64,000 nt of DNA from NCBI GenBank assembly GCA_951406725.2, contig OX597822.1, positions 119,164,001-119,228,000 on the forward strand. The letters are read 5' to 3'. The stretch's first letter is position 1. Every line of letters starts with the position of its first letter. The notes under the pieces were generated by a model that was not told the origin of the DNA, ran no database searches, and saw nothing but the letters and a program-made list of their open reading frames with translations. This DNA comes from Octopus vulgaris. Its lineage: Eukaryota. This document shows, piece after piece, positions 1-11,230 of this stretch. The translations under genes were made by a program, and so were the position numbers.

Positions 1-908
1 GCTTACTTTTTGCACAGCCTGATAGTTATTGTACCAATAATTGGCTGGAAATTAATGAGTTATAACCAAGCTCTTCCAGATTTAGTTCGCTAATAATTTA
101 GCCCCTTTAATGTTCAAAACCGTGTCAGGTGATTAGCAACTTCTTAGATAGCCGCATACATCCTGAGAGTCAATATTGTCGACTTAACCAACTCCTAGTC
201 TATAAGTATTAGCCTAAACTGAAACTGATTTCATTCCACGATTGACCATAAGCATTCGCTATAACGTTGATAGTGGACTCACATTTAGAATGTAGAAACA
301 TCATCATACAACACGAAGGTCTTCTCAGGTTTATGAGACAAGAAAATGTTATGGCAAACTGTATTTTGATCGATTTCCGTGTGTGTAGCCTTTGGTAAAA
401 GGCGCCTCTAATAAACTCTTCTGTAGATGAAATAAGAATTTTACAACATTTCGATATTTGTCTGCAACGCCGAAATCATACAACGAATATAGTTTTATTC
501 GTTCATGAGTATATTTTTACTGATACAAATTTAGATACAATAAACATTTTTTTTTGTTTTTCTTGTCTGGTGTGTAATGTAATTTCCACTCTATTCTTTC
601 CTAATTCATGCCGCTCTATTTCATCAAAGCAACCAGCTTCCGTATCGCCACAGACTTAAAAATGATTCCCATTTATCGTTCTTATCAAGCTTCGTTAAGT
701 CTATAATAACTTTCAAATTGAATAATAAATTTACCAAAGACCTCGGCAGAATTATCATTTCTTACAGGAAAGTTTGATTTTTATCGATGGCAGTCGTTTA
801 GCGCCAACTCAGCACTGATGGAGCAAACCTACGGATCAAGCCGTAACCATTAGTCTTTTCCCGCCTTTTTTTAGAACTGTATAACCTAGTAGGGTTTTGT
901 ATGAAGTA

Positions 909-1475
909 TTGGGTTGTCCGAAAAGTTCATGCCGATTTTTAAAAGAAAGCAAAAGGTCAATAAATACTTGCCATCGCATTTTTAATCAACCAAATATGAA
1001 CCATTTCGTTGCACAATACGTCTCCATCTTTCCTTTAACTTGAAAATACCCTCTTCCCAGAATTGAGGTGCTTTCAAGGCAAATAATTCATCAAAGTATC
1101 TTTTTACGTCATCCAAGGAATTGAAACTTTTACCATTAAGACTATGCTGCAGAGACCTGAATAAGTGGAAATCCGAAGGAGCAATATCTGGGGAATAGGG
1201 AGGGTGGGGGTAACACATCCCAACCGAGCTGAAGCAATTTTTGTCTGGTTCCCAAAGCATCAAGTGCTGGAAATGAACTTTCTTATCTTCCACTTTAAAG
1301 GGTTACAAAATTAACACAGGTTCTAGGAACATAAACCTTCTTCCACGAAAAGATAGCTTAAACTGTGCTCTAAATGGAGGTGTAATCAAATCCTATTTTA
1401 AGGACTCAACCATGTTCTAAAATAAGTCGAAAGTTAAGCTACTATAAATCGGCACAAAATTTCCGGACAACCCAA
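909..1475 (-). mobile_element. Internally deleted mariner (Tc1/mariner) element, 567 bp
   Basis: Imperfect ~30-bp TIRs TTGGGTTGTCCGAAAAGTTCATGCCGATTT / AAATCGGCACAAAATTTCCGGACAACCCAA, each flanked by TA (907-908, 1476-1477). ORF 982-1293 fuses a transposase N-terminus directly to the C-terminal HPPYSPDIAPSDFHLF motif. Confidence 0.93.
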
Positions 1476-2188
1476 TATATTTAGCTCTTATTTCTTGCGT
1501 ATAGTCTTCCTTCGCTGCATCATAAACTATTGACTAAAGTGGCAAAGGTTGAAAAGTATCAAAATCTTTATCACTGTAATCATCAGGTTCAGTCAAAGGT
1601 TCCCTTAACCTTAAATACGAAGTTAATATGATTATTCCAAAGAATACGCCAGCTTTACTATGGTGCAGAAAGACTTTATCCTTTTGCCTTTCATCCATCC
1701 AGATGAGAAATTATTCTCCCTTGGACACACCGATAGTCTATTGCTGGCAACATTCATATTTCCAAACAGCAAATGTATCGAGCTTTTATGTACAATAAGG
1801 TTTCAGCTGCAGATTTGAGCTCAGAACATTTGGCCAGATTGTGTAATCAATACTTATCCTCACAACTTCTCGTTTCGACTAATTAACGAGGTGAATTGAG
1901 AACAAAAAAATAGCTTTGAGAGAGAGAGAGAGAAAAAAATCTATTGCTATCATTAGCGACAAAACCTGAATTATAGAAAAAGAAGAAGAAAGAAGAAATC
2001 TTTATTTAATGAATGTAATCAATTGGGAAAATATACATAAATTGGAATATCACAGGTTTCTTTCAAGCCAATCGTCAATATAATCAAATACTCCGTTGAA
2101 ATCAGGTTGTGTTGAATGAGCAGCGCTAAGGAAGACTGACCGAGAGTTTCCTTTGATGCAGCAAATATAAAGTTATCAACCTCAGAAA

Positions 2189-2563
2189 TCTCTCTATATA
2201 AACGGCAGTTTGCCTGTCTGTGTGTCTGTGTGTCTGTTTGCTTGTACCCTCACTCTGACCACGGCTTTCAACCGATTCTGATGAAACTTGACACACACAT
2301 AGCCCAATGTCATAATTCAAAACTAACGCAGCGAAAATTTTGAAAAGTTCCCCCAGTTCTGAAAAAATCGATAAATTCGACATGGGGTCGAGAATCAGAA
2401 ACCCAAACCACAGACCGTCTAGGGGACGCAACTCCACCTTTTTTAACTCTCAAAAAAAAAATTTACCATCATTTTTTTTTTCCATTTTTTTGCTATAACT
2501 TTCTAAAAATGCTTTATAGTTATTTCCCTTACAAACCTGAGCAACGCCGGGCGATACTGCTAG
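2189..2563 (+). mobile_element. Non-autonomous Helitron
   Basis: Starts A|TC and ends CTAG|T with no TSD. Subterminal GC hairpin CCTGAGCAACGCCGGG. (TGTC)n microsatellite near the 5' end. The 3' ~55 bp are shared with 4804-5197. Confidence 0.8.
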
Positions 2564-3739
2564 TCATTAACTAAACAACAACACTTTTAATTAATTTTCT
2601 TGTTTATTTCCTTTCACAGACATGAGTGTTGTTGTTTTTTTTCCTCATGTCAACCTTGATGGAACAGACCTATGATCAGGGGCAGTCCAGCTATGACCAT
2701 CTCGTCTTTTAAGAGTAACAATCTAGGGAAGGAGGCTCCGAATGGCCAATGAAACTCAAGAACTGCAGCTGAAAATTTCCTCAACTTAGCTTAGATCTGG
2801 GTAAGGAGGCTTTTGGGAGAATACTAACAGATGCCCGTGTTTGATAGTATCTTATTTCTATGACTTATTTGTTTCTCAACGGGAAGGCAAATGCTGATAC
2901 ATCTCGGCACCGGTATTATCCCAGATGCTGTCAGCGGTCATCGTGGAGTTGGAACAGAAACAACACAGCATCTCATCTGTCGCTCTAACACAGAACTTCT
3001 TAACCTAAGGAGCAGTGGACATTGTGAAATCAGAAGGTAGACACAAGGGGAATCACTGGTTGTTTAGAAGGGCTGTGGTTTTTCTAAGAACAATACAGAT
3101 AACAATAAAGATAAATTAAACATCTTTTTTTAATGTCCGTTAGTATTAGATTGAGAAGGACATTGTGTTAGCAATGAGCTGAAAACATGGCTGCCAAGAT
3201 CCAATGTGATTTCATCATAATAAGCTTTTGGTTTTATTTATTCCTATAATAATTTTGGATAGGGGACACAAGTACATGTAAATATCTTCTGAAATGAGGC
3301 TCACGCTAGGTCAGATATTATAAAAACAAATAAACCACTGCACAAAATTACTTTCAGTTTAATCTCTTATTATAAAAGGCAGATTTTATCTGCCTCCCTT
3401 TGGGAGTTATACAAATCTACAATATAGGATTTCTTCAATTACAATTTACCTTGCATTTTTAAGAGTACAATGCATCGCGTCATGCCAGGTCCAGTTTTTA
3501 AAATTTAAACTCCAGTTAAGCAAAATTTACAGAAAACTCACATTCTGGTGTGTGTGTCAAATGCTTTTCTTAGTCTGGTTTACAGCACACGCAAACGCAC
3601 ACACACAGTGGGCAACGAATAAAATGAAAGTAATTGACTTACTGTAGTGAGTGATTCTTTCACTCTGCCTCCCACTTCCTCTTTCCACACAGACACGCAA
3701 ATATATAAATAAAATTGTAAGCTAACGTGCGTGTGTGTG

Positions 3740-3778
<39 letters not shown>

Positions 3779-3890
3779 GTGTGACGGTGCGTGTGTGTGT
3801 GTGTGTGTGCGTGTGCGTGAGTGTGTGACAGGAAAGTTTTTTTAGACGAATATAACACCTATATCCAAGTAGCAGAAAGATAAGACAGTA

Positions 3891-4063
3891 AGGTGTGATT
3901 TGAGGGAGATTTGGCTGCTATTTCTACCAGGTCTAGCTACCATGTAGAGGTCCCCTCATTGGCTCATGCATGCATATATACACACATAAGATAGTATGGT
4001 GTAATTTGAGGGAGATTTGGCTGCTGTTTCTACCAGGTCTAGCTACCATGTAGAGGTCCCCCT
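3891..4063. repeat. Two direct copies of a ~65-bp interspersed-repeat fragment
   Basis: GGTGT.ATTTGAGGGAGATTTGGCTGCT.TTTCTACCAGGTCTAGCTACCATGTAGAGGTCCCC occurs at ~3892 and ~3998. Weaker relatives at ~9285-9337 (minus) and ~10090-10130. Confidence 0.7.
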
Positions 4064-4065
4064 CA

Positions 4066-4285
4066 ATTCTTTTATTCTTCTGCTTTTTCCAGCCATTGCT
4101 CTGTGGCCATGCTGGGGCAATGCCTTGAAGAATTGTAGTTTAATGAATCAACTCCAGTTTTAGTTTTGTAAGCATTGTACTTATTCTATCTGTTTCCTTT
4201 GTCAAACCACTAGGTGACAGGGATGTAAACAAACCAACATTCGTTGTCAAGCAGTGGTGGAGGACAATCACAAGCACAGACACGC
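4066..4285 (-). mobile_element. SINE 3' portion ending in a (CA)n tract
   Basis: Resembles, from recall, an abundant octopod SINE body (GGCCATGCTGGGGCA...GTACTTATTCTATC...GGTGGTGGAGGACAA). Family assignment not verified. Confidence 0.55.
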
Positions 4286-4319
4286 ACACACACACACATA
4301 CATGCATACACATATACAC

Positions 4320-4354
<35 letters not shown>

Positions 4355-4372
4355 TATGTGTGTATATATATA

Positions 4373-4692
4373 TTGCAGCGTGGAAGGTGTTTGTAAGCCA
4401 TTTAAGAAACACACAAAAACCGTTACATTCACTTCAACATTTAAATTTAATTTGCCAAAATATTTTCGTCGCTTTGAGACCGCGACCTGTTCACTGACAA
4501 AAATATCGTGCTAACAGGTCGCGGTCTCAAAGCGACGAAAATATTTTGACAAATTAAATTTAAATGTTGAAGTGAATCTAACGGTTTTTGTGTGTTTCTT
4601 AAATGGCTTATAAACACCTTCAACGCTGCAACTGTTTTCGTTCCAGCACACAATCTCAGATCAAGTCACTTGCTATGCAAGTACATCTCTGT

Positions 4693-4697
<5 letters not shown>
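4373..4697. mobile_element. Non-coding fold-back element A (PLE-terminus-like), flanked by (TA)n
   Basis: Inverted arms 4373-4491 and 4513-4631 (119 bp, few mismatches). The right arm extends ~65 bp to (TA)n. A second family copy lies at 59420-59604. Confidence 0.85.
4451..4501 (-). ncRNA. Minimal type I hammerhead ribozyme, G3:C8 core variant
   Basis: Minus strand reads UUUGUCA-GUGAACA-g-GUCGC(ggucucaaa)GCGAC-GAA-AAUAUU-U-UGGCAAA: 7-bp stem I, 5-bp stem II, palindromic stem III. Confidence 0.75.
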
Positions 4698-4740
<43 letters not shown>

Positions 4741-4803
4741 TGGTAAAAACAGTAAGATAACAAAAGAAAGAAAGAGACCTCAATATTATGTAAATAGAGG
4801 AAA

Positions 4804-5197
4804 TCTTTATATATAAAAGTGAGGTTGTGTGTCTGTCTCCTACGATTTAGATTCCTAACTACTCCCACATTTTGCGGTGCAGTTTAACCAAAACCGGGTA
4901 TCTTATAGTCGTGATTCATATCGAGACCGTCTGGGTATTAGCGCGCGTCTACGATGAGTCTACGATTTAAAAAAAAAATTACCATCAATTTTTCCCATTT
5001 TTAATCCATTTTTGACATATATAAGGGAAGTAACTCTCTAAAATTTATTATTAAATCTCAGAACGTAAAAAGCTACAGTAACACCCTCCCCCTTTGTGGT
5101 TAGCCATATTGAGATGGCTATTATACTTTACATCTCTAAAAATGCTTATATAATTATTTCCCTTACAAACCCGAGCAACGCCGGGCGATACTGCTAG
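4804..5197 (+). mobile_element. Non-autonomous Helitron
   Basis: A|TC start, CTAG|T end, hairpin CCCGAGCAACGCCGGG about 12 nt from the end. Same 3' terminus as 2189-2563 but a different body. Confidence 0.82.
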
Positions 5198-5399
5198 TAA
5201 TGTTATATTTTTTAAACTTAGAAAACGTGCGAAGGGGTAGTTTGTAAAATGCCATTCTATGATGAAAGGAATCACTGAGCAACAAAAAGTGGAGAACCAC
5301 GGCTCAGACACCTCCGCATATCCACAGCTCTGGGCTGAGGCTTTACTTCGAAAGAACGACAGACAGTTGACGTCGGTAGGGCTTGAATCGGGTACCAGA

Positions 5400-5965
5400 A
5401 CAAGCTCCTTATGAAATTCCATCTGGCGTTCAAACGAGTCAGCCAATGGGTCAAACAAAATATTTCTGTTACATACGACTATCATAAAAAAATACCGAAC
5501 TACACGGGTTTTCTTCCTGCTTCGAAACAGCTTCAGCCTCCCTCGCATGATATACCTTTTTGCTCTGCAATACTTTATTGCAATCAGCCATCTGTCTCCT
5601 CAGTTCGATTCTTTGTTAAGGATTGTTTTCCTCCATTACCAGCGTCGATCTGTCTGATCTAACTCGGGCACAGACCCATTTATATCTAAAATATGGAGGT
5701 CTGGGATTCCGTTCGTTGCTTCGTTTTTTCTGTTTTCTCACTGGGTTCCCACAACTCAGCTTAACCACCTCTTGGCTTCAGCAACGAAAGAGGGCGCATT
5801 TTCAGACTGGTCATCCGAGCGGAAGGAGAGCCAGAGATCACAAAATGGCATTGATGGTGAAGGAGGACGCTGATGTGCTCGCTGAAGATGCTGACCAATG
5901 TGACAGAGGTCGATTACTCCCAGACAGATCTCCAGGATCAGGAGCTTGGATTGATGCTTTTCTTT
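5400..5965 (+). pseudogene. Degraded CRE-clade non-LTR retrotransposon ORF fragment (post-RT region)
   Basis: Successive frames give FFLLRNSFSLPRMIYLL (~5510-5565), AQTHLYLKYGGLGFRS (~5667-5715) and GRLL...PGSGAWIDAF (~5908-5960). The order and spacing match recalled CRE/Cnl1-type motifs. Confidence 0.62.
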
Positions 5966-6348
5966 TATCATCGAGCACCTCATGTCTAAAGAATTGTGTA
6001 TTTCTGTTGCTATCCGTTGATGTGATTATGAGCAGTGGAAGTGTGGTTCCTTCTGATTTGCAGCGGCAAAAAAAATGGTCAGTTCATAAACTTTACAAAC
6101 TTCAATAAATTTATATACCTTGGGAAGAGGGGGTGTCTTGATATTCAAGGCAGGACCCATCTTTAAAATAATAGAAATCAGATCACCATGCTACATACAA
6201 ACTTACTAAAATTAAACAACTTTGTTCATAGAAGACCATTTCAATATGGCCTTAATACCCGAATTCCTGCAAATAAGACTGAGAGAGTAAAGAAATGGAT
6301 TAAATCATATATATATATAAAATCAAGCAACAAGGATATCCAGAGGTA

Positions 6349-6437
6349 ATGCAGTACGATCGTTTCATGCAACTCCATTTAATTGAACAATGCAATCATT
6401 ACATCAATTTAAAATGGAGAGCAATCTTCAGTTGCAC
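6349..6437 (-). ncRNA. Hammerhead ribozyme, inverted copy of 6718-6806
   Basis: Minus strand reads GUGCAA-CUGAAGA-long stem II (CUCCAUUU/AAAUGGAG, AAUUGA/UCAAUU)-GAA-ACGAUCGU-A-CUGCAU. The closing pair of stem I is mismatched. Confidence 0.72.
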
Positions 6438-6717
6438 AAAGGCATAAAAATTAATTTAAATTAGAACAGATGGACATATTAGTATAATTATACCTAATAT
6501 GCACATATATATGCAACCATGCATGTACACGTATACACATCAACACATACGCGCACGCGCACACACGCACACACACACATACGTGCAAAGTTATATTCAA
6601 ATACACGTCCAAAAATACACACATGCTATATGCTCACACACACTCGCCTGGAACACATTAGTATAATTATACCTAATATGTCCATCTGTTCTAATTTATA
6701 TTAAATTCTATTTCTCT

Positions 6718-6806
6718 GTGCAGCTGAAGATTGCTCTGCATTTTAAATTTATGTAACGATTGCATTGTTCAATTAAATGGAGTTGCATGAAACGATCGTA
6801 CTGCAT
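6718..6806 (+). ncRNA. Type I hammerhead ribozyme, canonical core, extended stem II
   Basis: GUGCAG-CUGAAGA(6724-6730)-58 nt-GAA-ACGAUCGU-A-CUGCAU. Palindromic stem III, GUA triplet, predicted cleavage after 6800. Confidence 0.85.
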
Positions 6807-6956
6807 TACCTCTGGATATCCTTGTTGCTTATTTTGATTTTAATCACCTTACTTTGAAATTGTATGGAAAATACCGCACTAAATTCTGGTGCCTCAACTT
6901 AGGTACCATATTCATCTGAATCTAAATTTTTGCTGAACTCATCTACCATACCCAAA

Positions 6957-7033
<77 letters not shown>

Positions 7034-7070
7034 GTAATAATAATAATAATAGTAATAATAATAATAATAT

Positions 7071-7202
7071 TAGGGAGTATATCCAAACTTACAGGGAAAA
7101 ATTAGATTTAGGATTAAATCAAGTTTCACAGTATAAATATAAATTAAATTAGAGATAAAACTGTTTGAGTTGCCTAATAGTGGTTTTATCTCTAATTTAA
7201 TT

Positions 7203-7203
<1 letters not shown>
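7071..7203. repeat. Short insert with a terminal inverted repeat between (AAT)n and (TA)n
   Basis: AAATTAAATTAGAGATAAAAC (7141-7161) and its reverse complement (7183-7203). Same asymmetric fold-back layout as neighbouring elements. No HHR visible. Confidence 0.6.
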
Positions 7204-7252
<49 letters not shown>

Positions 7253-7356
7253 TAGTAATGCTAAGACAACAAAAGGATGAAAGAGACCTCGATATTATGC
7301 AAATAGAGGAATTTATTTATCTGTAATATAATATGTGACAATTATTCGGTTGCCAT

Positions 7357-7417
7357 AATAAAACTCCGAGTTTCGGATGTCGGGGCGGAAACCTGCCCCG
7401 GCATCTCTTCAGTTATC
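7357..7417 (-). ncRNA. Type I hammerhead ribozyme, canonical core
   Basis: Minus strand reads GAUAA-CUGAAGA-GAUGCCGGGGCAGGUUUCCGCCCCGACAUCC-GAA-ACUC(G)GAGU-U-UUAUU, with a GC-rich stem II. Confidence 0.78.
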
Positions 7418-8005
7418 GAGGCAATCAAAATATGCAATGAAAATTATCGTTAAACAAAGGGAATTTTGCTCTGTAATTGACCGTTATTAAGACAAAAGAG
7501 CTATTAGAATTACCGTTAAATAAGGGGTAAAACCGAAGGGGAGGAAGTAAAAAGTAAAGGAGTAAAGATGCTCATAGCAATCGCGTATGCGCGCATGTGC
7601 ATACATACACATGCGCACACGCACACCCACGTACATCTGCCCATATGCATATGCTCACTCGCATGAAACACACCCACATGCACACCCACACATACGCCAA
7701 AGATGAACATATATATATATGCAACCATGCATGTACACGTATACATATCCACACACACACACATGTGCACATTCCCATACGCGCACAGTTATATTCAAAT
7801 GCACGTCTAAACATACGCACATGCTATATGTTCACACACACACTCGCGTGGAACATATGTATGTACACCCACATATATCTATGCAACCTTACACGTGTAC
7901 ATATATACATACCCGTATTTTAGACATGCATTTGAATATAACTGTGCGTGTGTGGGTATGTGCACGTGTGTGTGCGTGTGTGTGTGTGTGTGTGTGCGCG
8001 CGCGC

Positions 8006-8134
<129 letters not shown>

Positions 8135-8173
8135 GATATACATATGTGTACATCGTGCGTGCGTGGGTGCGGG

Positions 8174-8210
<37 letters not shown>

Positions 8211-8620
8211 GTGTATGGTTGCATATATATGTGGGTGTACATACATATGTTCCACGCGAGTGTGTGTGTGAACATATAGCATGTGCGTATGTTTAGACGT
8301 GCATTTGAATATAACTGTGCGCGTATGGGAATGTGCACATGTGTGTGTGTGTGGATATGTATACGTGTACATGCATGGTTGCATATATATATATGTTCAT
8401 CTTTGGCGTATGTGTGGGTGCGCATGTGTGTGTGTTTCATGCGAGTGAGCATATGCATATAGGCACAAGTACGTGGGTGTGCGTGCGCGCATGTGTATGT
8501 ATGTACATGCGCGCATACGCGATTGCTATGAGCATCTTTACTCCTTTACTTTTTACTTCCTCCCCTTCGGCTTTTTCCCTTTGCCTAACGGTCATTTTCA
8601 TTGCATATTTTGGTTGTCTC

Positions 8621-8680
8621 GATAACTGAAGAGATACCGGTGCAGGTTTCTGCCCCGACATCCGAAACTCGGAGTTTATT
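8621..8680 (+). ncRNA. Hammerhead ribozyme, more decayed copy of 7357-7417
   Basis: CTGAAGA at 8626-8632 and GAAACTCGGAGTT at 8664-8676. One U is missing from the 3' strand of stem I and stem II has substitutions. Confidence 0.65.
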
Positions 8681-8707
8681 ATGGCAACCGAATAATTGTC
8701 ACATATA

Positions 8708-8776
<69 letters not shown>

Positions 8777-8782
<6 letters not shown>

Positions 8783-8980
8783 CAAAATTTAGAGGATTGA
8801 CCACTAAAAATGAACTGCCTGTATGCTAGATATAAACGTCAAAATCGCCATTTTCCACGGAGGTTGTCCACTTTTAGTGGTCAATCCTCTAAATTTTGTA
8901 TGTAAAAAAATTTTTAATCTTCGGATTTTTTTAAATAGGCCACTGGTTTTAATTGATTAATATCAATTTCTACCCTTATC

Positions 8981-8985
<5 letters not shown>
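8777..8985. repeat. Short fold-back insert between (TA)n tracts
   Basis: TACATACAAAATTTAGAGGATTGACCACTAAAA (8777-8809) is inverted at ~8872-8904. The right side extends ~80 bp to (TA)n. Confidence 0.75.
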
Positions 8986-9028
<43 letters not shown>

Positions 9029-9731
9029 AAGTAAGAACAGCAGGTATTCTAAATTCAAATTTGAAACATTTTGAGGGGGTGAAGGACCCCGACTGTCGAC
9101 AAATAAATGTGGGGGCTGACACCTGTACGCTTCTTAATAGCATGGCATAGAAGTGGGAACGTAAAGTGTAATTTGCTCGGGGCATTATTGGCAGTACCAT
9201 ATTTATTGTACTATAAGGTTTACCGAAGCAACAAGGCTATTAAGTGTCACACCAATGTACATATCTGAGATTAAAATGAGCCAAGGAGGGAGCCAATACT
9301 TGATAGTCCGATTTAATAGAAATAGCAGTCAAATCTCTGAAACCACATCATTCATCTGTAAAAAGATGGGACGGTTGTGTCTAAAATACCTAGGCATGCT
9401 CGATTAGGGCTCGCTTGGGGTCTAACTACAACTACAAAAGCCAGACTTAGGAAAGAACAAAAACAGAATGGACAGTGACATAAAATGTTATAGTTTCAGC
9501 AATCGATCAAAACAGGTGGGTGTTGTTTAACCCCAAGTCTTCCCTGATCCATAATGGATCGGAGATGGTTTTAGTTGCAATTTTACAGTAAATGTATCTC
9601 GGATAACAAAACACACTGCGTCGCTCATTCCTCTTTGACAAAGATGAGAGATTGCCGTGATACTGGGAGAAGTGTTTGACACACATGTATACACATAGGG
9701 ACGGGCACACATACACGTGTGTACGTGTGAA

Positions 9732-9791
<60 letters not shown>

Positions 9792-10227
9792 ACATACATA
9801 CATACACACACATACATACATACATACACACATACACAAATACACACACACATACATACATGCATACATACATGCATACATACATACATACATACATACA
9901 TACATACATACATACATACATACATACATACATAGGTGATGTGTGTGTGTATAAATTGTGGGGGCGGGTGCAAGTTAATCCCTTGCTATTCTAGAATTTA
10001 GCCTGTGAATTTACAGGATCAGCAAACAATATATATATGTGTGTGTGTGTGTTGCTATATGAAAACTTAAGGTGGTTTTAGAGTCGGTTGATGGCTGCTA
10101 TTTTCAGCATGGTGGTATCTCGTAGATACCCTAATTTATTATTACCTTTGAAGGTTATTTTTTCCATGCTAACCACTTGATAGATTCGTTATTTTATTTT
10201 AAATTGACGATCTTATCCTTATATATG

Positions 10228-10400
10228 TGTTATGGCCGGTCAGAGAATGACCATTGGTTTTACACCTATAACACTCTTAGCTGTAGCTATAGCTACGAAA
10301 CCAATGGTCACTCTCTGACTGGCCATAACAAACAAAGTATTACTGCTCTTATGTTTTAGACTGTGCTTCTTTTCGAATATATGAGCTACTGACCGATTAT
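10228..10400 (+). mobile_element. Short fold-back element D carrying the 3' half of a hammerhead
   Basis: 33-bp inverted arms 10228-10260 and 10298-10330 (2 mismatches). The plus strand has GTAGC(TATA)GCTAC-GAA-ACCA(A)TGGT-C but no CUGANGA. Ends at (TA)n. Confidence 0.7.
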
Positions 10401-11113
10401 ATATATATATATATTTGTATGCATATGTGTGTAAACATATACATACAGATATATGTATATTTAACACACACACACGTGTAAACGCGGATATTTTCCATAA
10501 GAAATGGTGGAGTCTTAAAGGGAAAGAACCAAAAGCAGACCTAAAGAATCTAAATTCGAAATTCTTTGACGGGAAAAGGTCTCTGTCAACCAACAGTGAT
10601 ATGTACGGGTGACAACTGCTCCTACTGCATGGCATGAAAAGTGGAAACATGATGATGGGGTGTGTGTAGGTATGGTGATGCAAACAGGAAAAATTAAACT
10701 CAAAAATATGATATATATGTGTATTTTTAATCATGTTTAGCAGAGCGGAAGATTGACAGTGACTTCGGAGTTTCGGATGACTGTCATCATAGTGGCTGAT
10801 GAGATTGACATCTCGCTGGTTAACTGAATCTTCGAAGTTACTATCATCTTTTTCCTTGTAAGAATTCATGAATATAGTATTCTTTAAAAAAATATTAAAT
10901 AATCCTTCAGTTTTATATAAAGCCGTTCTTTTTTTGTTTTGTTATTTTTGGGGTTTTTTGGTATATAAACTTAGATATAACAAAACATTAATGTTTGGTG
11001 TGTGTACATATATATACGTGTGTATGTAAATATATATATATATATATATCCGGGTGTGTATGTACATATATATATGTGTGCGTGTATATGTGTGTGTGTG
11101 TATATATATATAC

Positions 11114-11159
<46 letters not shown>

Positions 11160-11230
11160 GTGTGTGTGTGTGTGTGTGTGTAAAAAGCTTTAGAAGAGAT
11201 ACAGGTTAGCAAAAAATTCTTTCAACTTAC

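Larger units (their letters stand above)
6319..6957. mobile_element. Non-coding fold-back element B between (TA)n tracts
   Basis: Inverted arms ~6325-6481 and ~6673-6830 around a CA-rich spacer related to the arms of the 7250-8710 element. Both ends abut (TA)n. Confidence 0.85.

Noticed and set aside
10240-10869. 209-aa minus-strand ORF as exon 2 of the MARVEL gene
   Set aside because: It runs through microsatellites and fold-back element D, and has no convincing TM helices or splice sites.
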